Assembly: GCF_009914755.1 (NCBI RefSeq)
Contig: NC_060929.1
Origin: the human T2T-CHM13v2.0 reference genome, Homo sapiens
Strand: one strand, 5' to 3'
DNA length: 64,000 nucleotides
The notes below the pieces were generated by a model, which saw nothing but the letters and a program-made list of their open reading frames with translations, was not told where the DNA came from and searched no databases. Every line of letters begins with the position of its first letter. Position 1 is the first letter of the stretch. A program made the position numbers and the translations under genes. Below, piece after piece: positions 51,540 to 64,000 of the stretch.

Positions 51540-52926
51540 TAAGATAGAAATATGGGAATTATACATTTGACCTCATAACGTGATGTTTCTCAGAAGTCTT
51601 CTTAATAATCCTTCTTAATTATTAATAATTCTATTAGTAATCCTTAATAATCCTGTTATTCCTGAGGTTTTGTTTTCACTAAGCATATAATATTTTCTCA
51701 GACTAAATTTCCCACGTTTATTGATATCCACCTAAAGAGAATTAGCCTAAAAATTCTTAGATATGCATATACGTAACACATATAAAACTTTAGAATAGTT
51801 TTTAAATAAAACAGTTCTAAACAAACTAAGTTTAACTTCTTAAAGTTAGTTCTTAGAGTAGTTCTAAATAAAACTTTAGAATAGTTTTATTTAGAAAATT
51901 ATTACTGATATAAAAATATTATTGATATTAGCAATAATTTCTTTTCTATTAGACAAGGAAAATAGTTCTTTTTCTATAGAAAGTGTTCTAGCTGCATAAT
52001 TTGAGCAATTAGTACCATGGAGATTAAATGTCATTTCACTTCTTAAGAATATGAATAGATTGATATTTCAAATAATTAATTATTGTCAAATGTATTTGAA
52101 CACTTTTTATTCTTACATTTGTTCAGCATTATTTGCTCATTTAGAAACATTTACCTATATTCTTTAACATAGTAATCAAACTAAATTTGTAGTCATTCTG
52201 AATGTTAACACTAAAGAATCAGAAACCAAAGGTGAATTTTCTATATAAATGCATGGAGCATAATATGAAAGGTAGGATATGTGTTTAAAAACATCACATT
52301 TCATGTGTTTTGTGTTTTAAAAGATGAGACTTAAAGTTCTGAATGATGAACCTCTCTTTATTGCTATCAACATGATAGTTTATTTTAAATGAATGATAGT
52401 CTGGGTTATTTCTGCTGTTAGCGCACCGATGCTTTTCCTAATAATCAGATAGAAATAACTTCTAAATTATTAGTACATATTATAAATTAGAGAACATGTT
52501 TATACACAATGCACAGTTATCTTTTTAAATTTCACAAATACTTTGGTAAAATAACCATTGTGTATACACTTCAATTCACAATGTAAATTGAAAATTGGTA
52601 ATAGATAAATAATTCAGCTACCTGTAATTATTTAGTGAATTAAATCAGAGACTATGTTTAAAATTTTACTCTTTGATACTCCAAATTGTTCATGATAAAT
52701 TTTTTTTGATGGTTCAGTGTATATCTCAGCATTTTTAGGTTTTTGGTGTTTTCTCATAATGTAGGAAATTTTATTTTACTTTCATTCTGCCTTCTGCACA
52801 TAGTCCCTCAAATCTTAGAAGAGACAGTGGGTAGCAATGGGGCTCTGTGACTATTCCTTTGGTTCAGAAATCAGTTTGCTTAAAGCAACATTGTAACTCA
52901 GTTAGATGTGGCAAAATGTGCAAAGG

Positions 52927-53215
52927 GGCTGGGCACGGTGGTGCATACCTGTAATTCCAGCATTTTGGAAGGCTGAGGCAGGCGGATCATTTGAGTTAGG
53001 AGTTTGGGACCAGCCTGGCCAACATGGTGAAGCCCCGACTCTACTAAAAATACAAAAATTAGCTGGCCGTGGTGGCCTGCGCCTTTAATTCCAGCTTCTC
53101 GGGAGGCTGATGCAGTAGAATCGTTGAACCTGGGTGGCAGAGGTGCAGTGAGCTGAGATCGTGCCACTCCAGCCTGGGCAACGGAGTGAGACTCAGTCTC
53201 AAAAAAAAAAAAAAA
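52927..53215 (+). mobile_element. AluS
   Basis: Dimer with poly-A; TSD approximately aaaa(t)gtgcaaagg. Confidence 0.92.
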
Positions 53216-56200
53216 GTGCAAAGGAACAACATTGGGTAAACTACCATAAATTTTAGCAAACAGACGATTTCTCGTCTTCCTGATTATTATCAGATTTCTG
53301 TAAATGTATTGTTATTATATCTCAACAATTAAATATGTTAAAAATGTGGAGTCAAACTTACATTGCCATGAATATTTTTTTAAAAACCTATATTATTGAT
53401 GATATTATGTCTTAGGCCAAAATTAAGCCCAATAGCCAAGACGTTTAACACCTCTTCTTTTGCCCTCTCTTAGAACTCCATTACAAAATCAACATATTAG
53501 CATATTGCATAAAGAAAGCAATTTATAACAATTAAAAAGAAACTATTACAGAAAACCAGCAAGAATTTCAAAGGTAGTAACACAGTAAAACGGGCTAAAC
53601 CTCAGATTATCAAAGCATAGCCTTACAAAAAGTCTAACTGTGCACTACTTCCAACAGGGACATCTCAAAGAAAAAATGACTCAACGAAGGAAAGACAAAA
53701 GAAGCAAACTTCACTCAGAAAAATTCAAACAAGTGTAAATCAGGACATTACACTTAATATCACTATAATTCAGCGTAAAAACATTCAGTAAAATAAAGAC
53801 AGCCAACTCTTGACAATTGTTAGTTAATAGCATTAAAATTACTATTGAAATGTAGCAAAATATTTTTGGGGAACTGCTCCATCTTTCTGTCTTCTACCTG
53901 CAATTTGATATTGGTATATACGTGTGTGCTAATGTGCATATGCAATTATTTCCTACACTTCTTTATTCTCTACAATGTCTTACTTGTTAAGCAAATTCAG
54001 GTTGGGTAGTTAATAGACGATAATTTTACATATTTCTTCTTTTAATATGTTTGCAATTCAATTGAACCTTTTAGTAACACAAACAGGGAAGAATAAAAAG
54101 AAATGGATATTTCAAACAGTATGAAATACTGGTAAAGTCAGAGAATGTAGCTGAAATAGAACTGTTTGCACACATTAAATGACATGGATTAATTACTTTC
54201 TTCTGGTTTTCCCAAGTATTGGGCTATGGTATAGTCTGATCTGTGGAATGTAATAAGTAGAGAAAGGAATTATGGATGCAAAAGGGATAAAAATAATGCA
54301 CTGGAGCTAGCACAGTGGTGGGCATTTCTACAGTGCAGCCCCTGGAAAGGTGAGAATGTATTCCTGTGTATTTTTAGAACTATGCTGACAAAGTTTATAA
54401 TGGAGGGTGATAGAACTAGATCAGATCGACCTGCTATGATCCAAAGTGCTCTAGCTGAACACTCCTAGGGGACCATTTAATGTTTATAATCCTTCTTATT
54501 GTAGTGTGAATTTGAGAGATAATTGCTGGCAGGTGAGAATTTCTTTATTGTTTTTTGCTAAGTAGATTAAATCAAGGTTACCTGAAGTTTTCTTCTTTTT
54601 TTTTTTCTTTTTTTTTTAAACAAAAAGTCTTCAGAGTCTCTGGAATGGCAGTAGAACCCTGGAGGCAAAAATAAGTGACAGTGCCAATATGAACTTATGT
54701 TCATATTTAGCACTCATTTCAAAGGTCCGTGGAAATATGACTAGGTATATTATATCCTTTTAAAGGCAGTATAAAAGCTGAAGTCAGATATTATGATCAA
54801 TGTCATATCTAATGCTCAGAAATTTAAGTGGATATTGATTATACTTTTTGGAGATAACAATATCATCATTTTAAAATCAGTTAAACACATTTGGAACAAA
54901 TCTGCTTGCTAAAAGCCAAATTACAAATATAATTTATTTTCAAATTGATTTGAAGCCACTGTGTTTTTATTTCTGCTTCTCTCATTTTTAAAAACTGTAA
55001 GTCACATTGTCAATCACATTCATGTAGCAAATCATTTTTCTCGGAATAACAGGCATATCATATTGAAAGCCTGAAAAAAATGTTGAGTTAGAATTCTTAA
55101 AATCTTTTAATGCGATGCATAATTTAAAAAAGTTATGTTTAAGAATGATTTATTTTCCACTTGTAATAGCTGTAACATTGAGATTTGGTGAAGGAGAAAA
55201 TGGAGCTGCATAAATGAGTTTTCTTTTTATTAGTTTTACCTTTAGATTACTGAAACACTCAAATAATAAGGACTTTCTAGCCAACTTTTACCTATAAAAT
55301 CAACACGGATGGTTTAAATGTCAAGATATAGTTAAACACAATTTTACAAATGCTACCATATATGTAAGCACTTATGGTTAACCAAATAAAGAAAAATAAT
55401 AGAAATTCAAATGTTCAATTTTAATGGTACTTTACAGCTTTCCAAATTGTGTCACAGTCATTATCTCATTTAATTTCCCCTCAAGGAACTAGTGTTAATA
55501 TCAGAAATGGGTCTTTCCTTGTTGTGGTGACTCGATCCACTCACCTCATCATCAGTGGAGCTGCTACAGGAATAAGAATACAGATAAAAAATGTAACCAA
55601 TAACATAACATCATTTGTTATTAAACAATTAATATTATTGAATTTTCTTGTGAGATTTCAAAATATTTTCTCAAGCATACCGTATTCTTTTACTCCCAGT
55701 TGCAGTTCTACAATTCTTCCAGCTCCTTGACAGATCAGCCACTTTATCTTTAAATCTCATCTTAATATTTTTTTCCTGTGAAACCCATTCTTTATCATCC
55801 ATGTAACAACCTTATAATTGTTATTTTACATATCTGCAGGCTATTTGCAAGTTGAGGACATTTCTTATTCAACTTCATATTTTAAATGTAGAATTTAGTC
55901 ACTGGCAAATATGAGGCATTTAATAAATAAGTGAAACAGGTAAAACAAAATATACAGTATAATCAAAATTTGTTTCAGAATATATTTTTCTGAGTAGAGT
56001 TTTTAACACCAAAAATGCTGTTCATATGTACATACCTTATTTATGACTTTCTACAGAGTATTCTAAATATGTGTGCTGAAATTATACTATAAATGACATG
56101 TCAAAAACATGTTAATTTACTACCATAGAATGTTTTTTAAAAAGCATTTTTATAAGTACAGATTAGATGTTTATATTCTACAAGAAGATAAAAATAAACC

Positions 56201-56379
56201 TACTTTGACATTTACAAGTATACTTTTCTGAGAATAATTTAGAATCTGCATTTAGATAAACATAGGTTGCAGCACTTTTTCCCCCAGATAGTATCTGTTA
56301 CTTTAAAAAACTGACATTCAGTTTTTGTCTTTTTAAAGATGATTGATGTATACAACCTCAATGATATTGAGAAGACTTT

Positions 56380-56700
56380 ACATCCTTTATCTATTGTTGC
56401 ATAGCAAAGCAGAAAAAAAACTTAATGTCTTAAAAGAAATGTATTCTTTCTCACAATTCTGTGAAATGCTTGATCAGTACTCCTGAAATTGCCTGGAATC
56501 ACTAGGTCTCACTTGTGCTTCTATAGTCAGTTGGCAGATCTACTGGAGGCTGGACTCATCTGGGACAGTCGGGATGACAGGGACTCTTTCTATACCATAG
56601 TCTATAGACTTGGGATTCTTCGAGCTTAGAGGGCTTACAGAAAAATTGTATGAGGGCAAATCTAAATGTACTATATTGGCCAATGTTCTAGAGTCAATGT
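56380..56700 (-). mobile_element. Old MLT1 LTR fragment
   Basis: aaaacttaatgtcttaaaagaaatgtattctttctcacaattctgtg. Confidence 0.5.
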
Positions 56701-57039
56701 GGAAGTGGAATTCATGGAATAACGGATAAAGGGAGGCAATTTCATTGGGAATAATTAGTAAAATTGGAAAAAAACCTGCCAGCCACGCGATACCGGGATT
56801 TAAATATTTCACATGAGTATATGATTAATGAGACAAATTGCAATAATTTTACATTGATATGGTATTTATAATTAAAATCTAATATCACACTCAGCAGAAT
56901 GGAAAATAGTTGTATATTTTGAAAAATTTAGAGTAAGCCAATTACCCTTCTTATATTAGCTAACATAACTTTTTGATCTTCAAGTATTCACTTTCTGAAA
57001 ATAATGGCAAGATGAATTGTTTTAATAATTCTTAAAAAC

Positions 57040-57529
57040 TTATTTATTTATTTTCCAGCTTTATTGGGGTACAGGTGGTATATAAACATTGCATATATAT
57101 GATGTATACCATAAAAATTTGAAATATAGTTTGATACATTATGAAATTATTAGTGCAATCACATTAGTTAACACATCCATTACCTTACATGGTTATGAGT
57201 TTTTGTGTGGTCTTTTTCTCAAGATTATGTTGGTTACATACAGCCTTTTGTGATTTCATACTAATTTTTTATTTGTTTTTTATGATTTCCTGAAAATGTC
57301 ATTACAATTTTGATAAAGATTACATTAAATCTGTAGATTGCTTTGGATAGTAATTTAACAATACCAATTCTTCCAATTCATGAACCTGCAATATCTTTTC
57401 ATTTATTTGTTTTGTTTTTGGTTCCTTTCATCAATATCTCAGATTTCATTGTGAAGATCCCTCAACTCTGTGGTTAAGTTTATTCCCAAGTATTTATTTT
57501 ATTCTTTTTAACACATTATAAATGGCATT
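57040..57529 (-). mobile_element. L1M fragments (3'UTR and ORF2)
   Basis: ttccagctttattggggtaca; aatctgtagattgctttgg; attcttccaattcatgaac. Confidence 0.75.
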
Positions 57530-60131
57530 TCTATCAGTCCATTCTTGCACTGCTATAAAGAGATACCTGAGTCTTGTTAATTTATAAAGAAAAGAGGTTT
57601 ACTTGGCTCACTGTTTCACAGTCTCTAGGGGAAGCATAGCTGGGGAGGCCTCAGGAAACGTAAAATTATGGCAGAGGTGAAGGGCAAGCAGGAATGTCTT
57701 ACATGACCAGAGCAGGATAATAAGAGAGGAGAGATGCCACACACTTTTAAACAATGAGATCCAGCAATAACTTACTCACTATCACAAGAACAGCACCAAA
57801 GGGGAAACTCACCCCTGTGATCCATTCACTTCCTACTAGGCCCCACATTCAACATTAGGGATTACAATTTGACATTAGATTTGGTCAGGGACACAGACCA
57901 AAACCAAATCATTTTGCTCTCTTCCCCTCCCAAATCTCACATCCCTCTCACACTTCAAAATACAATTATGCCTCTTCAATTGTCCTCCTAAAACTTATCT
58001 CATTGTAGCATTAACTCAAAAGTTCAAAGTCCAAAGTATCATGAGACAAGGCTAGACCCTTCTGCCTATGAGCCTATAAAATAAAAAACAAGTTAGTTTA
58101 CTTTCAAGATACAGTGGGGGTATAGGCATTGGGTAAATACTGCCATTTCAAAAGGGAGAAATCAGCCAAAAGAAAGAGGATACATGCCTTGTGCAAGTCT
58201 GAAACCCAACAGGGAAGACATTAGAACTTAAAGCTCCAAAATAATCTCCTTTGACTCCAAGTGTCACATTCAGGCCACACTGATGCAGGGGGTGGGCTCC
58301 CCAAGCTTTGGACAGCTCTGCCCCTTTGGCTCTGCAGGACTCAGCCCCCGTGGCTGTTCTCAATGGCTAGTGATAAGTGTCTGTGGCTTTTCTAGGAATA
58401 TGGTGCAAGCTGTTGGTGGATCTACCATTCTGGGGTCTGGAGAATGGTGACCCTCTCCTCACAGCTCCATTCTGTGTGTGGGCTCCAACCCCACTTTTTC
58501 CCTCTGCACTCCCCTGGTAGAGTTTCTCCATGAGGCCTCTGCTTCTGCAGCCAACTTCTGCTTGGACATCCAAGCTTTTCCATACATCTTCTGAAATCTA
58601 GGTGGAGACTTCCAAGCCTCAACTTCTGTACTCTGCACACCCACAGGTTTAACACCACATGAAAGCCATGAAGTTTTATGGCTTGCACCCTCTGAAGCAG
58701 CAGCCTGAGTACCTGGACTCCTTTGAGCCATGGCTGGAGCAGTAGCAATAAGGATTCAGGGAGCAGTGTCCTGAGGCTGTGCAAGGCAGTGGGGCCATGG
58801 GACTGACCCACAAAACCATTTTTTACTCCTAGGCCTCCTGGCCTATAGTGGGAGTGGCTGCCATGAAACTTCATGAAACCAAGACAACCACATTGTCTTG
58901 GTTATTAGTACTTCTCTTTCTTTTAGATATGCAAATTTCTGCAGCTTGCTTGAATTTCTCCCCTAAAAATGGGTTTTTCTTTTCTACCATGTGGACAAGC
59001 CATAGATTTTTCAAACTTTTATGCTCTGCTTCCTTTTTAAATATAAGTTCCAGTTACAGGTCATTTCTTTGTCCACACATCTAAGCATAGGTTTTTAGAA
59101 GCAGCCAGGCTTCATCTTGAATGCTTTGCTGCTTAGAAATTTCTTCTGCTAAATATCATAAGTCATCTCTCTCAAGTTCAAAGTTCCACAGATCACTAGA
59201 GCAGGGACACAATGCCATCAGGTTCTTTGCTAATGCATAACAAAAGTGACTTTTGCTTCACTTCCCAATAAGTTCCTCATCTCTATCTAAGGCTGCATCA
59301 GCCTGGCCATCTATGCATCTCACTATCAGCATTTTGATCAAAACTATTCAATAAGTCTGTAGACAGTTCCAAACTTTCTCTCTTCTTCCTGCCTTCTTCT
59401 CAGTCTTCAAAACTATTCCAACCACTGCCTGTTACACATTTCCAAAGCTGTTTCCACATTTTCAGATGTCTTTATAGCAATGCCTTACTCCTAGGTCCCT
59501 ATTTTCTGTATTAGTCCATTGTCGCACTGCTATAAAGAAACAGGGAGACTGGTTAATTTATAAAGAAATGAGGTTTACTTGGCTCACGGTTTTACAGACT
59601 GTACAGGAAGTGTGACTTGGGAGGCCTCAGGAAAATTACAATCATGGTAGAAGGTGAAGGGGAAGCAGGCATGTCCTTCATGGCCAGAGCAGCAGGAAAT
59701 TAGAGAGGAGAGAGGTACCACATGCTTTTCAACAACCAGATCTTAAGATAACTCACTCACTGTATTAGTCCATTCTTTCATTGCTATAAAGAACTACCTG
59801 ATACCAGGCAATTTAGAAAGAAAAGAGGTTTAATTGGCTCATTGTTTTGCAGGCTGTACAGGAAACATGGCTGAGAAAGCCTCAGAAAACTTTCAATCAT
59901 GAGGGAATCAGGCAAGTCTTACATGGCTGAAGCAGGAGGAAGAGAAAGAAGTGAGAGTTGCTACACACTTTTCAACAACCAGATCTCGTGAGAACTCACT
60001 CCCTATCAGAAGAACAGCAAGGGAGAAATGTGTTCCTTGACCCAGTCACCTCCCACCAGGCCCCTTTTCAGACATTAGGGATTACAATTTGATATGAGAT
60101 TTGGGCATAGACACAGGCCCAAACCATATCA
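57530..60131 (-). mobile_element. Full MST MaLR: LTR 57530-57911, internal 57912-59506, partial LTR 59507-59760, extra LTR 59761-60131
   Basis: Three tgtattagtcc-type starts; internal region homologous to 12167-13655; TSD gcatt/gtgtt. Confidence 0.9.
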
Positions 60132-61935
60132 GTGTTGTTTTAATAATTTATTTCAAAATGTCATTCCTCTTATTAGTTCCATATTATTTTCCTCACATCT
60201 TCAGGCAGCCACAGGGGTATTCTAGTTGGATATCCCTTCAAGAATGTAATAGCAGTTGATATGCAAGAAATTCAGATAGCTAATAGCTTCCAGCTGTGTC
60301 ACCTGGCACATCTGTCTTCACTTACAAGCTGACTTCATTCTCTTCTTGATCAGCTGCCCTCCAAGAATGGACAATGGCAGGGGTATCAGGGCCAGGCCAT
60401 ATCTACCCAATATAAGACTCAGGTAATAGATTATCATTGCACTGTCTCTTCCTGTTATAGTGGCCAAGACATTGTCAGATATAAATTTCAGTTTGTTGTT
60501 CTTGTTCAATTCTTCTTTCTCCTTGCTTTCTTTTCTCATGGCTCCAGTGTTCCCTGGGGTCTGGAAGCTATCCTTGACTGCTTTTACTTCCTTCTATTCT
60601 ATTTCCCACAGGAGTTAATCTCAATGAACTTCCTACAGAATCAGATTCCCAGAAGATGTAACTGAGAGATATTGGGAGTGGTTTGAGAAAGCAGGTGTGG
60701 TAAGATAGGATTTGGGGACTGTATATCTCATTGCTTTGTCGGTAATAGAAATCCAATCCCAAGAGGCATGCTAAAAATAGATAGTGTCTGGAATAGAATG
60801 GCAGCTCTACTGCTAAATAGTGTGGTAGTGATGGCTTGGGAAAATGGTCATTTGGATGTGACTGTACTCACCAGCACAATGATGCAGGCATTTAAAAAGT
60901 ACAGAAGAAATGCAGACAAGGGACATTTATGTTTATTGATTGTTATTGTTTTCTTGATATCCAACAGAGTGATAATGGAAGCTTAGGACAGTAGACAAGC
61001 AATTCAAAACAAAGTGTGAAGATAAGAGGCTTTTTTTTTGTACCTTAAGTGGAAATTTTATTACCTGCTATGAGAGGGTAGAATAGCATATTATACTTAG
61101 ATTTACCCAATTTCAAAATTACTCGCAATTCAACTGAGGCAGATCTGTTATGCCAAAGTTGAACCCTGGTAGGAAAAACTTGGAACCCTGATATAGAGAA
61201 TAGAAACATCTGAATCCTTGAAAATTTTAGCTCTCTAGACTACTCTGAACTTACAGACCCTACAGAGGTTTCTCACATCTCCCATTATAACCTAGCAATC
61301 CCTTTGTGCAGGAAGATACTGTGGAACTCTATCCTTACATTTTCCATGGACACCAATTTGATAATTAGGGTTAAGTCACAGCACATCCAAATTGATATCA
61401 TCCCAGGATTAATAAGGAAGAAAGAACTTTACATTAATGGACCTGCAAAAATTAGCCACTGGATTTGTGAAAGAGAACATAATATAAAACTGGATCGGCA
61501 ACATTTTATTCACAGTATATTGTCTCAAGATTTGGAATTTAACATCCTAGCAGGGACCTCAGGGTATGTCTTACAGAAGCCTACAGAAAGCAAACTTTCA
61601 TGCTGAGCAAAGTTGAAATGCCTGAATTGATGTGACAGACAGTGAAAGAAGAGATGAAAACATTCAGGAAAGTGGACATGCTGGAATGGATATATTATGT
61701 GATGCCAAAAGAACACTAGAAGATTATGTCCTAAGGGAGGCTCAGAAGATGCAGCATTCATGAAGATTATTGGGAACATTCTTGTGAGAGAGACACTGAC
61801 ATCACCCAGAAGTCTTGGCCGGGGTTAGTACAGGAGAACCTGCCATAGAGCTTGGCATGTTGATAGCAATGGGGATAATGGCATATCAAAGCAATAGAAG
61901 CCCTGTGGCTTCTCATAATAACCCAAATCTGGGAG

Positions 61936-62353
61936 ACTCTGAGTTCACATGAGATCTAGTCATTTAAAATTGTGTGGCACCTACCTTCCAACCCTGCTCC
62001 TGTTTTTACCATGTAAAGTGCCTGCTCCTACTTCACCCTCTGCCATGAGTAAAAGCTCTCTGAGGCTTCTCCAGAAGTCGAGCAGATGCCAGCACCATGC
62101 TTTCTGTATGGTCTGCAGAACGATGAGCCAATTAAACCTCTTTTATTTATAAATTACCCAGTCTCAGGTATTTCTTTAGAGCAATACAATAATGGCCTAA
62201 TACAGGAGTTATGACTAATGTTTTGTTTAACATTGACTCATTGATCTGAAGATCCACGTTGTGATTATATCCTCCAGGCCCTGAATGTATAATTTCAATT
62301 AAAGTATTTGGCAGTTAGTTGATACTCCTACTGAGTCCTTGATCTGTATATTA
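61936..62353 (+). repeat. ~420-bp direct copy of 63003-63424 (MST LTR 3' part plus ERVL flank)
   Basis: Near-identical across the LTR/flank junction. Confidence 0.95.
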
Positions 62354-62860
62354 CCATAAGGAGTGGCAAGTTCCGAGTGATATTTAAGCTGAGATTGACA
62401 CATAGAAAGCTGATAAGATGTTTAACACAAAAAAAGCATGTGTGAGAACAAAATATGTGAGGCCAAAAATGTTCTGCTGAAAATACATAATGAAAAGAAG
62501 CAAACATGGATGAACAGGAAGCTAAGGGCAGCCACTCCAATGGAGTCATGATCTTTTCCTCAGTTTCCAAAACTAAGTCAATTTTCAGATCCAGAATGCA
62601 CTGATTGAAGTGCCTAGGTTCCCAAGTGAAAGGACTCAGCAATTTCAAAATAATTAAACAGAAAATGGTTTCCCCCAGCCCTTCCCCAAAGGGACTTTCA
62701 GCTGTTTACTCAGATGATACCTTAGGTAATAGAGATGCTAGACATATCAAGATCAATTGAACACAAGCTATGAATGAGCATTGATACTTGAAGACCTGAA
62801 GCATTATCATGGCTTCCTTATTCAAGTAGAGGCATACAGGAAACAGGTATTTATTGGAGT

Positions 62861-63275
62861 TAATATAGTTTGGAAACTCATCCCTACTGAAATCTCACGT
62901 TGAAATGTAATCCCTGGAGATTGGAGGTGGAGGTGACTGGATCATCACGGTGGATCCCTCATGAATGGCTTGGGCCATCACCTTGGTAATAAGTGAGTTC
63001 TCACTCTGAGTTCACATGAGATCTAGTCATTTAAAAGTGTGTTGTACCTACCCTCCAAGCCTGCTCCTGTTTTTACCATGTGAAGTGCTTGCTCCTACTT
63101 CACCCGCTACCATGAGTAAAATTTTGCTCTCTGAGGCTTCTCCAGAAGTCGAGCAGATGCCAGCACCATGCTTTCTGCATGGTCTGCAGAACCATGAGCC
63201 AGTTAAACCTCTTTTATTTATAAATTACCCAGTCTCAGGTATTTCTTTATAGCAATACAATAATGGCCTAATACA
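62861..63275 (+). mobile_element. MST solo LTR
   Basis: taatatagtttgg...aatctcacgttgaaatgtaatcc...ggcctaataca; left flank ggagt. Confidence 0.88.
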
Positions 63276-63831
63276 GAGGTTATGGCTAATGTTTGGTTTA
63301 ACATTGATCCATCGGTCTGAAGATCCACCTTGTGATTACATCCTCCAGGCCCTGAATGTATAATTTCAATTAAAGTATTTGGCAGTTAGATGATACTCCT
63401 ACTGAGTCCTTGATCTGTATATTAAGGGCTTTGAGGAGAATGGAGGAGGCCAAGCTTCAAACACTTCCCCCAGCTTCACCTTGAAAGTAAATGAAAACCA
63501 CTATTGCATCTCTAGAGGGACACAAGATGGCAGTATGTTGTGCTACCTTTAAAGATCTAAATGAGGCAAAACGGTGACTCCTGTCATATTTCTGTTTAAC
63601 CCACTAGTGTGGTCTTAACTGTAAATGAAGGGATCCTGGAGAATGGCCATAGAATACCACAGTTTCAATCACGTCATGGTCTCAATCATAGATGCCATAA
63701 TAAATATGCTTCAGTGGATAAATACGTCTCCAGCTATACAGTATGTGATAATCAATTTGACAAATATAAGTCTAATACGGAAAAATGATCAGAAAGTTTT
63801 CTTATTTCCATGAATTGGACTAATATTTATT

Positions 63832-63925
63832 TGTTATATATGTTAGTCCTTATATATATAATATATACATACGTATATTATACATATGTTTTATATATAC
63901 ATACATATATAATATACATATATTC
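63832..63925. repeat. AT-rich (TA/TACA)n low-complexity tract inside the ERVL RT
   Basis: Visible repeat. Confidence 0.8.
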
Positions 63926-64000
63926 AGTTTAACCCAGGGGTCTATTAACTGTCATTTTCTCTGTCATAACAGAGACCCCAAAATATCTGAATTATTTAGC

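Larger units (their letters stand above)
60245..64000 (+). mobile_element. ERVL-class element (LTR16/HERV16-like LTR to ~60670, then gag-pol internal)
   Basis: LTR/internal junction tattgggagtggtttgagaaagcagg; ORF 63625-63813 RT-like (GSWRMAIEYHSFN...WINTSPAIQYVIINLTN). Confidence 0.7.

Noticed and set aside
49160-56300. Long mostly unique AT-rich stretch that might hold exons or conserved elements
   Set aside because: No convincing ORF or splice structure visible; conservation cannot be judged without alignments.

Overview
Human genomic DNA (an AluYb8 insertion, a human-specific subfamily, is present), gene-poor and dominated by transposable elements. No intact protein-coding gene can be supported; the listed ORFs are decayed retroviral/L1/MaLR frames or chance ORFs. 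1-8065 holds two same-orientation HERV-H internal regions with two LTR7s. The second unit starts abruptly after the first LTR with no PBS or 5' leader, which suggests a HERV-H nested inside a HERV-H or a tandem duplication. 8.2-21.8 kb is a dense ERV1/MaLR cluster with multi-level nesting, a full-length 7SL pseudogene and a tRNA-Glu relic. Further along are a MER75 piggyBac MITE retaining the PGBD4-like N-terminus, L1/L2/MIR/Alu, a 5S rRNA fragment, an ERVL internal region interrupted by a solo HML-2 LTR5, a full MST MaLR with a chimeric LTR, and a second ERVL-type element. The most unusual signal not explained by TE annotation is a set of five short (90-420 bp) non-tandem direct copies of sequence lying 1-2.4 kb away, including a composite two-donor insertion. 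I found no evidence of a new coding system. Repeat subfamily names come from recalled consensus sequences and need Dfam/RepeatMasker confirmation.
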